The notes below the pieces were generated by a model that did not search any database, was not told the DNA's origin, and saw only the letters and a list, made by a program, of their open reading frames with translations. From sequence record NC_070980.1: 64,000 nt of DNA; one strand, given 5' to 3'. The translations under genes were made by a program, and so were the position numbers. Position 1 is the stretch's first letter, and each line of letters opens with the position of its first letter. This document shows, one piece after another, positions 49,295 through 57,706 of the stretch. Source of the DNA: Escherichia phage vB_EcoP_SU7.

Positions 49295-50512
49295 CTATTT
49301 ATTAAAGAATAGTTTTTCCATAATGGTTTCCCACTCTTCTGAGGGGAGGGTTGAGAACCCGTTTCCGTGAAGCCTGTTTGTCATGCAACTAATAATATTG
49401 TACATGTTGTAGCTTCGGGTGGATTCTGTTCCATTGTTCCAGTTGTAACCGAAAACAATTTTATCGAAGGAGGTTTTATCCGTAGTTACTTCTCGGATAA
49501 ACTCAACCAAGAGCGATTTCTCTGTGATGACCGCACGTTCACCATCTGGCAGATTGCAATACTGAGGAAGAAGGATTGGTAAGAACATCGAATTGTTCAC
49601 TCGACAATCACGAACACCTTCACTGCGATAGATTAGGCTTGAGAAGTCTTCATCACGCAGGTGTCCTTCACCTTCAGTGTATTCACACTGTCGCCACTTG
49701 GTCTGGCGAGGCTCAATCATTGTACTACCAACGCCTACTGTATACAGAGACGCTTGGAAAATACATGAATCGTAATCATTCCCTGTTAAAGCAACACGTT
49801 CGTTACCGAACACATCCACTGAAGAGTTGATCAGTCGGCTGAATGCAAGAGAGGCTAGTGGAGACCAACCTTTCTTATACATCTTGTTCAGCATTTCATA
49901 CACAGCAGATTTTTCATCATCTGTATAGAATGTACGATTCAGCATCAGATAGAACAGAGCGCGATCAGCAGGACAACCATCAGTACAAACACCCATGAAT
50001 CCTACTTCATGCCATACCAGACATGAGTCAGAATCTTTATCCATGAATGCTTCAAAGGCTTCCATTACAGCCCTGTCAGTAACATCAGGACGGTTGTTTT
50101 CTTCTGCCCATGTTTCTACATGAGAAGGGGGACGAGGGTCTCCATTCTCCACCCCTTCGCGGAAATATTGAGTGGTAATAGGCTTTTTATCACCATAACG
50201 TTTTACACCATAAGCGGGAAGGTGTGTACCAGAGTTCCAGATGTACTTGATTTCGGACATAGGCATCATGTTTTCGAGAACATTCTCTTCAGCAGTGCCT
50301 TGACGAACCATCATACCCTCACTCCACACCTTAATACGGATATTCCAGCCAAAATTGCTGTCATATGCGTTGTAGTAGTCAGGATAACCATCTTCATCTT
50401 CATCATAATCACCACCCTGATAGTAACCTGCTTTCAGGAAACCATAACAAGGAGGCCAGACGGTTACAACATCATCTGATTCTTTCCAGCTTTGAAGTGT
50501 TACAGGGAACAT
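49295..50512 (-). CDS. hypothetical protein (cluster member)
   Basis: 405-aa ORF, acidic Tyr-rich N-terminus, no motif recognised. Confidence 0.5.
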   Translation of the reverse strand: MFPVTLQSWKESDDVVTVWPPCYGFLKAGYYQGGDYDEDEDGYPDYYNAYDSNFGWNIRIKVWSEGMMVRQGTAEENVLENMMPMSEIKYIWNSGTHLPAYGVKRYGDKKPITTQYFREGVENGDPRPPSHVETWAEENNRPDVTDRAVMEAFEAFMDKDSDSCLVWHEVGFMGVCTDGCPADRALFYLMLNRTFYTDDEKSAVYEMLNKMYKKGWSPLASLAFSRLINSSVDVFGNERVALTGNDYDSCIFQASLYTVGVGSTMIEPRQTKWRQCEYTEGEGHLRDEDFSSLIYRSEGVRDCRVNNSMFLPILLPQYCNLPDGERAVITEKSLLVEFIREVTTDKTSFDKIVFGYNWNNGTESTRSYNMYNIISCMTNRLHGNGFSTLPSEEWETIMEKLFFNK

Positions 50513-50523
50513 CTTTTACCTCT

Positions 50524-50886
50524 TTACTCTGCTACCAAAAGGCTCAGAGATTTGCGAATGTAGTCAATACTACGGAAGTTTCGATAGTTCTCTTGGAAGC
50601 GCATTTTTTCAAACTCTGCTTCCTGAAGCTCTACCTCTGCTGCTTTATATCCTGATAAAGCTAAACTTACCACATCCTGAGGTAAGGTATTACGACGGCG
50701 AATAAGATATTTATTCGCTTTTAGTTTACCTTGTGCACGAGCCATTTTGGCCTTTGCCGCCTTGATACCATGAGAAATCCAAAGCAGTTGCTGTTTCAGA
50801 TCTTCCTCATCCATACCACCTAAATCATTTGCTACTTTATGAAGCGTAGACAGGTTCACATGGCCTTTAATGGGGCGTAGGTTCAT
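50524..50886 (-). CDS. hypothetical protein
   Basis: 120-aa ORF, helical. Confidence 0.45.
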   Translation of the reverse strand: MNLRPIKGHVNLSTLHKVANDLGGMDEEDLKQQLLWISHGIKAAKAKMARAQGKLKANKYLIRRRNTLPQDVVSLALSGYKAAEVELQEAEFEKMRFQENYRNFRSIDYIRKSLSLLVAE

Positions 50887-51253
50887 AACTTCTCCTGTTT
50901 ATCACATTGATTGGTCAGCCAGTTGTAAGCCCCTCTGTTGTTCTTGCTTAACTCACAAGATGCAAAAGAATAGGTTCTGACAAACCCTACGGTGGCTAAG
51001 CAAATAAAGATTGCTGCCAATAAGAACTTAACTTTCAACTTATTATCCATACAACCTCTTCTTTGAACTTAAAAAAGGACTCTCCTAAGAGAGCCAAGCT
51101 TTAAGGCCAATTAAATAGATATCACCCAATATCTGTGGATAACCTGCTCTTAAAATATTCTATCCGACGGATGTTCGAGGATTACTCCTCTCCCTAGCAT
51201 CGGCCCCATACGGGTAAGATTAAATTAAGATTAGGTTAGTTGAGCCAGAATAG

Positions 51254-51287
51254 CTCACATAGCCCTCTGATACTCACAAGGGCTATA
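51254..51287 (-). repeat. conserved hairpin element (copy 1) just 3' of a paralog gene
   Basis: CTCAC-ATAGCCCT-12 nt-AGGGCTAT; 8-bp stem 51259-51266 / 51279-51286; no U-run. Confidence 0.5.
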
Positions 51288-51291
51288 GATG

Positions 51292-51540
51292 TTACTCTGT
51301 GGCTCCGTCGAAGCGGAGGATTGCTGCTGGGGCAGGGTATACTTCCAGATCTTCATCCAGTCGGTACAGGTGCCCTGTGCTTAAATTTACAGCTGTTACT
51401 GGCTTAGAGTGACCTCCAGCCTGTATGGAAGGGACTCTGATAAAGAACTCTTCCGGATATTCAACAGCGTGGAACACACTCCCTGAATAGAGATTCTTTA
51501 TTTTGGAAGTTTGTTTAGGAGTTTTATCGGCAATTTGCAT
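51292..51540 (-). CDS. small protein, multi-copy early paralog family
   Basis: Shares …LS.G.VF……H..V.L..G.L..L.ED.EV.P.P with 52661-52924, 52928-53182, 55147-55398, 56112-56342. Confidence 0.5.
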   Translation of the reverse strand: MQIADKTPKQTSKIKNLYSGSVFHAVEYPEEFFIRVPSIQAGGHSKPVTAVNLSTGHLYRLDEDLEVYPAPAAILRFDGATE

Positions 51541-51773
51541 TACAGACCTTTCTTAGCACGATCTTTGGCAGTTTTGCCAGTGCGAATACGGTGGGAAACA
51601 TTAACCAGTTCGCCGCCTTCGACGATGGTTACGCTTTTGTTTTTCGCAATATCAAACACAGTCTTCTCTGTACCGCCCAGACGGATCTGTTTAGGTTCGC
51701 TGTGGGTCTGAGTTGATTTAGACTGGAACTGGAACGGCTGACGGATGGCATCAATTGCGCTAACTTTAGACAT
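51540..51773 (-). CDS. small hypothetical protein
   Basis: 77-aa ORF coupled to neighbours. Confidence 0.45.
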   Translation of the reverse strand: MSKVSAIDAIRQPFQFQSKSTQTHSEPKQIRLGGTEKTVFDIAKNKSVTIVEGGELVNVSHRIRTGKTAKDRAKKGL

Positions 51774-51800
51774 GTTTTATTACCTTATTTTAAAGAGAGA

Positions 51801-52229
51801 TTAAACAACAAATTGGAACGCTTCGTATCCAAACTTGTAAGAGAAGTCATGCTTGAATTTCACTACACGACCACAATCACGGAAAGATTTCAAACGGCTA
51901 CTGAACCCAGCCATCGGCTCAGGGTCGATAGGGCTACGAATCTTCATAGCTACAGAGTGCAGCTTGAAGCGTTTACCAGTGCTACAGGCCATCATCACAT
52001 ACTCCATACGAGTAGTCCAGATGTTGAGCACCATGCTTGTTTTCTCCGCTGACCAACCAGTCTTGCGGGCGATTTCCTTGTGGACATTAAGCTCCAAAGG
52101 AAGAGGGAATTGCTTGTTGAATGAAGCCGGATATAGCTTGACCAGAAGATCAATGTTTTCTTTATACGTGAGGTAAGCCAATTTCTTGCTTACGTTGGGG
52201 AATTTCCCAGCCATTTTTTGAAGCTCCAA
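51801..52229 (-). CDS. ProQ/FinO-domain-like RNA-binding protein
   Basis: …LYPASFNKQFPLPLELNVHKEIARKTGWSAEKTSMVLNIWTTR… resembles the ProQ N-terminal domain. Confidence 0.4.
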   Translation of the reverse strand: MELQKMAGKFPNVSKKLAYLTYKENIDLLVKLYPASFNKQFPLPLELNVHKEIARKTGWSAEKTSMVLNIWTTRMEYVMMACSTGKRFKLHSVAMKIRSPIDPEPMAGFSSRLKSFRDCGRVVKFKHDFSYKFGYEAFQFVV

Positions 52230-52413
52230 AACAGCGCCGAAAAGAGAGGCGTCATAGTAGTTAAAAGGAGGAGAGAAGAGAGCTTATTTACTTGCCTTTT
52301 TCTGTCCGTTAATGTACCAGATAACTGAGCCGTCAGGCTGTCGTTGACCGAAACCTTTCAGGTTAACCATTTCTTCTTCAGAGTAGGCACGTTTTCTCAC
52401 TGATTTTCTCCTG

Positions 52414-52671
52414 TCAATAGAAGGTGTGTGTAGAGTCGTCGTTCATAGATAACCAAACGAAGAAGACAATCACACAGAAAGCAATAACACCGAGAATTGC
52501 AAGGATTATAGTGTTAGCTAATGTGATATCTAACACGCTTTGCAGATACATAAAGAACTGTACGACACCACATATCATTAGCACAACCCCAATAATAATA
52601 AGGAGCCAGTACGTGCAGAGAAGGGCTGCATCCAATAGCGATACATACTTTGGATGGTCTTTATGTTTCAC
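52414..52671 (-). CDS. small polytopic membrane protein
   Basis: 85 aa with 2-3 hydrophobic helices. Confidence 0.45.
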   Translation of the reverse strand: MKHKDHPKYVSLLDAALLCTYWLLIIIGVVLMICGVVQFFMYLQSVLDITLANTIILAILGVIAFCVIVFFVWLSMNDDSTHTFY

Positions 52672-52924
52672 TGATCTTCTCCACTAAATCCAGAGTTGCT
52701 GATTCAAACACAATACCAACTGGCATATTGGATGCCATATTACGAACGTATCCACTCTGCATAGACACAGCTCGGTGGTATTCACAACCATTAGAGCTTT
52801 TGTTCACTTTCATGTAAATGGTTTGTTCTTTATCTTCTTTCAAAGTAAAGAAAGAACCGATAGAAACACCTGCCACCATTAGAGGAATATCCGCAATACG
52901 AGTTTTGTTAATGGTCAGAGCCAT
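52661..52924 (-). CDS. small protein, early paralog family
   Basis: Family pattern as for 51292-51540. Confidence 0.45.
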   Translation of the reverse strand: MALTINKTRIADIPLMVAGVSIGSFFTLKEDKEQTIYMKVNKSSNGCEYHRAVSMQSGYVRNMASNMPVGIVFESATLDLVEKISET

Positions 52925-52927
52925 TGC

Positions 52928-53182
52928 TTACTCCTTAATAGTTGCTTCAGCTTTAATAGGAATAACAGCAACATCTTTACGAGGAGCTGTCGCTCGGCCT
53001 GTGTTAAGACAGGCTACAAGTCTATGCTCATCCGCACCCTTAATGCAGAGTCGAGTTGAGAACTCTGTAGATAGTAAGATGTACAAATCACCATCTTCAC
53101 TGTTAGGGTACATGAAGCAATCCCCAAGACGCAGAGCGCTGAGTGGTATTGCGTTCTTACTGGCTGGTTTGTTGACTTTCAT
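52928..53182 (-). CDS. small protein, early paralog family
   Basis: LSALRLGDCF…HRLVACLNTG…DVAVIPI. Confidence 0.45.
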   Translation of the reverse strand: MKVNKPASKNAIPLSALRLGDCFMYPNSEDGDLYILLSTEFSTRLCIKGADEHRLVACLNTGRATAPRKDVAVIPIKAEATIKE

Positions 53183-53458
53183 TTTACCACCTTTAGTTAT
53201 GGACCAATTTATGAGAGAACTCTCGGAAGAATGCTTTCATAAATAGGGGGAGGGGACGAATCCTCCCATATCCTATTAATTAATGTTGCATGTAAGACCT
53301 AACAATCCGATGCTGTAGTGGATAGCGTAAAACGCTTACCGGCATTAAACCCAGCCCATGAGGGGCTTATGTGAATAAAATGCTCAACATTGAGCGGTTA
53401 GTTGATAGGAGATCTGAAGTCCTATCTCAAAGGACTCTCGTAAGAATCCTTCACGATA

Positions 53459-53725
53459 TTACTTAGTAACAAAGATTGTCACCTTATCCATTACCCAACC
53501 TATCAACATAAGTAAAGGTAAGAAGAGGATAAAGATCAGCATAAAAGGCCAGAAGAATATCACCGTCCAAATAGAGTATTCATCAGGCTTACCACTCCAT
53601 GAGGAATGGAAGAAGTTGTAGAGTGTATTGGTTTTGAAGCACCATTTAACTACAATGGCTGCCAACCACCAACCAATAACATAAATCAGGAGGACATACG
53701 CTGCTGTAACCATTGACCGTTCCAT
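53459..53725 (-). CDS. small polytopic membrane protein
   Basis: 88 aa with 3 hydrophobic helices. Confidence 0.45.
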   Translation of the reverse strand: MERSMVTAAYVLLIYVIGWWLAAIVVKWCFKTNTLYNFFHSSWSGKPDEYSIWTVIFFWPFMLIFILFLPLLMLIGWVMDKVTIFVTK

Positions 53726-53940
53726 TGATAGTTGCGAGTGACCACGTTTCCGTGGATAAGAAAGTGCTGTCGGCGAAGTATATCTTTAACGTTGTAATAA
53801 GCAGCGTTTCCAAGATGACCTTCTTTGACAAGCCAACGCAGGTTTTGAATATCAACCAACAACATTTTTACTTGCTGTTGGCATGAAGTCTTAGCCGCTG
53901 TTTCAAGTAAAGCTTTTGTATCAGAATAATGACCAGACAT
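53686..53940 (-). CDS. hypothetical protein
   Basis: 84-aa ORF. Confidence 0.4.
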   Translation of the reverse strand: MSGHYSDTKALLETAAKTSCQQQVKMLLVDIQNLRWLVKEGHLGNAAYYNVKDILRRQHFLIHGNVVTRNYQWNGQWLQQRMSS

Positions 53941-53941
53941 A

Positions 53942-54268
53942 TCACCACTCCTTACCCTTTGTTGTCACAGAGCCACTACATTGCACACCACGGGAGATAA
54001 AGTCGTATCGTGACCAATCACCTTGTGTTTCCATGTCACGTTTTGCATAAGCTTTCTCGTCAACAGCACCGCCATTAGAACAAGAAGCGCCAGCATAACG
54101 CATATCAATTTCACCGCTAGGAACCTTCTCCCCACTATGCCAACGGGAAACACAGACACCTTCTACAGATAATGCACACCACCCATCAGGACGATGCTGT
54201 ACACAGCCTGTAAGAGCTACACAGGCGATAAAGATACAGGTTAAGGTAATTACACCACCCCAGCTCAT
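53942..54268 (-). CDS. lipoprotein (candidate superinfection-exclusion / receptor-blocking)
   Basis: Signal peptide with lipobox LTGC; 108 aa. Confidence 0.45.
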   Translation of the reverse strand: MSWGGVITLTCIFIACVALTGCVQHRPDGWCALSVEGVCVSRWHSGEKVPSGEIDMRYAGASCSNGGAVDEKAYAKRDMETQGDWSRYDFISRGVQCSGSVTTKGKEW

Positions 54269-54422
54269 GATCCCTCCTGAAGCGCCTTACGGCGGCTATC
54301 TCGCCAAGCCATCCATAGGTAGGTTTTAAGTTCTTCTCTTTCTTCTTCGCTGAACAAAGGAGAAGTAAAGATATCATCGAACCACTCATTAAACTCAGGG
54401 GTCATAAACCCTCCTACGTTGA

Positions 54423-54498
54423 TTGGTGCACCCTACAGGATTCGAACCTGTAACCAACGACTTAGAAGGTCGCTGCTCTGTCCATTGAGCTAAGGGTG
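54423..54498 (-). tRNA. tRNA-Arg (anticodon UCU)
   Basis: Minus-strand read GCACCCT-TA-GCTC…GAGC-A-GCGAC-CUUCUAA-GUCGU…ACAGG-UUCGAAU-CCUGU-AGGGUGC-A-CCA folds as a canonical cloverleaf with encoded CCA. Confidence 0.85.
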
Positions 54499-54508
54499 CT
54501 GGATTTGT

Positions 54509-54760
54509 TTAACTGAAAATACGCAAGGCCACATCATGACCGATATGACCGGGAACTTTATGCTGTTCTATTTTCAAACAGTGTTTACAGATACGAGATA
54601 CCCGAGATTCTTTTCTCTCTACTGGAGTATCTTTAGCGTGAGTGATGTGTAGGTTTTCAGTGATCACCCACTCGTGTTTACATCCAGAATCTTCGGGCTT
54701 TTTCTTACGAAAGAACATAACACCCCTTAGATCAGATCTGTTTTCTTGTGCAGACCACAC
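54509..54760 (-). CDS. small zinc-finger protein
   Basis: CKHEW…CKHCLK. Confidence 0.4.
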   Translation of the reverse strand: MWSAQENRSDLRGVMFFRKKKPEDSGCKHEWVITENLHITHAKDTPVERKESRVSRICKHCLKIEQHKVPGHIGHDVALRIFS

Positions 54761-54915
54761 ACTTTACAGCGAGAGTAGATACGCAACCCTTGTCGCTCTC
54801 TGTCAGTAAGTTTATTTGTGATCGTCAGTTCATAAGTAGAAAGATCTTCCCACTCATGGAAATGAAAGAGACGCTTGAACCATTTAATCATACTAAGCAC
54901 ACGCCGGTAGTTCAA
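54727..54915 (-). CDS. small zinc-ribbon protein
   Basis: 62 aa; …CKVCGLH…. Confidence 0.35.
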   Translation of the reverse strand: MNYRRVLSMIKWFKRLFHFHEWEDLSTYELTITNKLTDRERQGLRIYSRCKVCGLHKKTDLI

Positions 54916-55150
54916 TTAACTGAGGAGTACGACAAGGACCGTCTTCATACACACCAACCAACGTTGGCATGTAAGGCCCAGCGCACTGGTATTCGTCGAA
55001 CAGTTCATTGTAAGTAGGCTTCCACTTCCAAGCCCACACACAACCCATTCGGTCAATGGCAATGTAACGAGTGTTCAGAGGAACTTGCATCATTACATCA
55101 CCAACTGCTATTACTTTAGTAATAACTGCTGCTCGGAAGTTTGTCTTCAT
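54893..55150 (-). CDS. small hypothetical protein
   Basis: 85-aa ORF. Confidence 0.4.
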   Translation of the reverse strand: MKTNFRAAVITKVIAVGDVMMQVPLNTRYIAIDRMGCVWAWKWKPTYNELFDEYQCAGPYMPTLVGVYEDGPCRTPQLIELPACA

Positions 55151-55398
55151 GGTGATTTAATCTCAATCTGAACACTGACAACAAATACAGTATGGTTTGC
55201 ACTGTACACCGAAGTGCCGATGATTGGCTTATCATCACTGAGGATTTCAACAGCGTGATCGAGGTTGATCTTCAGATGAAGACGACCTGATTCCATGAAG
55301 AAATCACCAGCACGTATCTCACCGAACTTAGCTGGCACACCGATAGAAGGTATCAGTATGTCAGTGCGACCTTTACGGTCAAATAAACGATTGAACAT
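55147..55398 (-). CDS. small protein, early paralog family
   Basis: FGEIRAGDFF…LHLKINLDHAV; start set at internal ATG 55398. Confidence 0.45.
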   Translation of the reverse strand: MFNRLFDRKGRTDILIPSIGVPAKFGEIRAGDFFMESGRLHLKINLDHAVEILSDDKPIIGTSVYSANHTVFVVSVQIEIKSP

Positions 55399-55448
55399 AT
55401 CAACCTCTCTTGTTAGTTTAAGTAAGAGTTGTCCCTTAATTAAAACAA

Positions 55449-55478
55449 CAAAGGCCACCCCGAAGGGCAGCCTCTTAT
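55449..55478 (-). terminator. rho-independent terminator (minus strand)
   Basis: GC-rich imperfect hairpin plus U-rich tract on the minus transcript after the 55478 stop. Confidence 0.4.
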
Positions 55479-55687
55479 TAAGCACTACGCAACTTGTTGT
55501 TCAAGAAGCGATCCTCTGCATTATATAGGAATGCATAGAACAATTCTTTTGCTACATCCCGATCGCAATTGAGACATTTAGAAACCTGTAACAACAGGCC
55601 ATCGCGACTGTTAGGGTGGTCAATTATCGCAAGACGAATAATCTCAAGAATACCAACATCATGCTCAGCCGCCATAGAACCAATCAC
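55478..55687 (-). CDS. small hypothetical protein
   Basis: 69-aa ORF. Confidence 0.4.
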   Translation of the reverse strand: MIGSMAAEHDVGILEIIRLAIIDHPNSRDGLLLQVSKCLNCDRDVAKELFYAFLYNAEDRFLNNKLRSA

Positions 55688-56065
55688 CTTGACGCTTACG
55701 GATGTTAGTTGTCAGACGAAGCATGGCAGACTCAATCTTCAGAGCACCATTTGCTACTGCATCCATACGTTCAGGACGGTTCATACGCTTGGTTGACTTC
55801 TTCATAACGTTCTCTCTTTGTTAATGGAGGCAGGATTGCCAGTTAATATAAAGGGAAGCCCTACACGTTAAGGCTTCCGCTTGTACAAACTGTCGAGAAC
55901 TCTCTACCCCTAGATTGTTCTCTATCCCAAACCGATACATACCCCTACATATCGGAAAGCTGTTCGAAAATTAACAGGTTTTAGTCTATCACCGGATGTT
56001 TGAGACAAGTCTCGCCCTAGCGGTGAGCCATATGGCGTTGAGATTATAGTTAATTGAGGAACACC

Positions 56066-56099
56066 CTCACATAGCCCTCTGATAAACACAAGGGCTATA
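56066..56099 (-). repeat. conserved hairpin element (copy 2) just 3' of a paralog gene
   Basis: CTCAC-ATAGCCCT-12 nt-AGGGCTAT, near-identical to 51254-51287. Confidence 0.5.
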
Positions 56100-56111
56100 A
56101 GTCGATGTTAC

Positions 56112-56342
56112 TTAACCATTGATATGAGTTACTTGAACATCAGGTACAGGGATAACTTCATGGTCTTCCTGTAATTGGAACAGTGTCCCCTGACTAAGAC
56201 CAACCACACGATGCATATCGTTAAGGCTAGTGTCTGTCTTTAGGTAGACATTTTCAGAGTTAGTTGGTAAACGGAACACATCGCCCGGACGTAACTCACT
56301 GAGCTTTTTAGTAACAACTACAGAGAAGAGATTAATTTTCAT
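56112..56342 (-). CDS. small protein, early paralog family
   Basis: LSELRPGDVF…HRVVGLSQGTLFQLQEDHEVIPVP. Confidence 0.5.
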   Translation of the reverse strand: MKINLFSVVVTKKLSELRPGDVFRLPTNSENVYLKTDTSLNDMHRVVGLSQGTLFQLQEDHEVIPVPDVQVTHING

Positions 56343-56515
56343 TTGATTAACACCAAATCAGTACGACGTTCGAAGGAAGGAGAAGATTCACCATTCCACT
56401 GAACAAGATAACAGAGAACACCATCAATCGTTGTTCTCCGACGAATAACACCTGTTTGAGTACCGCCAACAAGGCGAACAGTGTTACCAGTGGTAAACTT
56501 AACCTTTGAGCGCAT
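56339..56515 (-). CDS. small hypothetical protein
   Basis: Start set at ATG 56515 with upstream AGGAAACAGAGG. Confidence 0.4.
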   Translation of the reverse strand: MRSKVKFTTGNTVRLVGGTQTGVIRRRTTIDGVLCYLVQWNGESSPSFERRTDLVLIK

Positions 56516-56804
56516 CCTCTGTTTCCTCATTCTGGCGTTTAATTTCTTCAGTGAGTTGCTTGTTGAGATCTTGAATACGTTTAATCTCCCAACCCAAAGA
56601 AGCCAAACGATCATTACGTGCTTCAATTTGCTCCTGCATCTTGAGCAGTTTGGAACGAACATCAGCATTAAAGACTTCCTCTTGCTTAAGAAGGAACTCA
56701 TAACGACGCTTCCAGCTTGCTGACTTATTACTTAACGCAATAAATCCTAGAACAGAAATCGTTACAGTGAGTACGAGAAGGAATCTATAAACCTCTAAAG
56801 TCAT
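56499..56804 (-). CDS. membrane-anchored coiled-coil protein
   Basis: N-terminal TM (FLLVLTVTISVLGFIAL) then charged coiled coil. Confidence 0.45.
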   Translation of the reverse strand: MTLEVYRFLLVLTVTISVLGFIALSNKSASWKRRYEFLLKQEEVFNADVRSKLLKMQEQIEARNDRLASLGWEIKRIQDLNKQLTEEIKRQNEETEDALKG

Positions 56805-57005
56805 ATCTTTATCCTCTTAAAGTAAGATATTATAAGAAATGTTATTTAGAATTTATTATTTCTAAACTTAATTTCTATCAATAATTTTCAGAGGTCTATA
56901 TACAGTCATTACCTCTGGTCCCAAATCACTTCCACTTTTTGCAGAGAAAATCATAAGTGTGTGATTTATAAGGAAATTTAGTTTGTCAATCTTGGCACCT
57001 ATGAA

Positions 57006-57392
57006 TCAATCACGGGCACTATTATTGAACACTAAATCACCACAATACATTGGATTGGTATACCACTTTGGCACCCCTTCGCTCTTACTCTGAAAGTATG
57101 TACCGCTGTATAAAGGCACATAACCTCTCTTCAGTGCACGTCTCGCAAGCTCCTCGCTCTCTCTGATTGCTTTCTTTATCAGAGGATTATCATCACGAAT
57201 TAGCTTTACATAACGCTTAAAAGGTTTCTCCTTCTTTAGTAGGACGGGTATCCACTCGAACTGGTTTCGTTGGTTTATAACCTGCTCGGCAGTCAGTTTT
57301 CGTTGTGACATTCTGTTTATTACGGTATCCGCTACTAATGCTTTGCAAGCGGTTGGCTGATTCCCTGCCTCATAATAAATAGTCAATGTCAA
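57006..57392 (-). CDS. cell-wall hydrolase, SleB-like
   Basis: …IYYEAGNQPTACKALVADTVINRM…NQFEW… matches the SleB-type pattern. Confidence 0.55.
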   Translation of the reverse strand: MTLTIYYEAGNQPTACKALVADTVINRMSQRKLTAEQVINQRNQFEWIPVLLKKEKPFKRYVKLIRDDNPLIKKAIRESEELARRALKRGYVPLYSGTYFQSKSEGVPKWYTNPMYCGDLVFNNSARD

Positions 57393-57443
57393 AAGTAGCT
57401 GTGCTGTCGTTATCAGAACTTACTACCCCCTGTTTTACGGGCA

Positions 57444-57471
57444 TAAAAAAGCCCCATCCGAAGACGGGGCG
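57444..57471 (-). terminator. rho-independent terminator (minus strand)
   Basis: GCCCC-ATCCGAAGAC-GGGGC hairpin with U-run on the minus transcript. Confidence 0.5.
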
Positions 57472-57706
57472 ACCTGAAAAGTGAACATGACCTCACTCAT
57501 TTAAAAATCCTCGCAAAGACTCTTAAAAAGCGGCCTCGTTAAAGGCCCGGTCAAATGACCATCCAATAGGGATTGAACCATGCCAATGATTCACAAAGGG
57601 AGTTCCCTTTAGGCATCACTAGCTACGCAAAAAGCCGCACAGAGGCGGCAGACAAAAGACGCTCAAGAAGAGCGTCATAGTAGTTGACCACTGGTACAGA
57701 AGGGGC

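Noticed and set aside
41506-50512. Thymidine hypermodification cluster of the 5-hmdU type
   Set aside because: No 5-hmdU kinase or pyrophosphorylase-like genes recognised, and the nearby ThyX suggests canonical thymine; DNA modification stays one hypothesis among several for the ligase cluster.
53250-53460. Second tRNA in the gap downstream of 53459-53725
   Set aside because: GGAGG…CCTCC and AGCCC…GGGCT hairpins are present, but no cloverleaf with acceptor stem, anticodon arm and T-loop could be built by hand.
57540-57620. tRNA-like T-arm (GGGATTGAACC)
   Set aside because: The flanks do not pair into an acceptor or T-stem; treated as part of a structured intergenic region.
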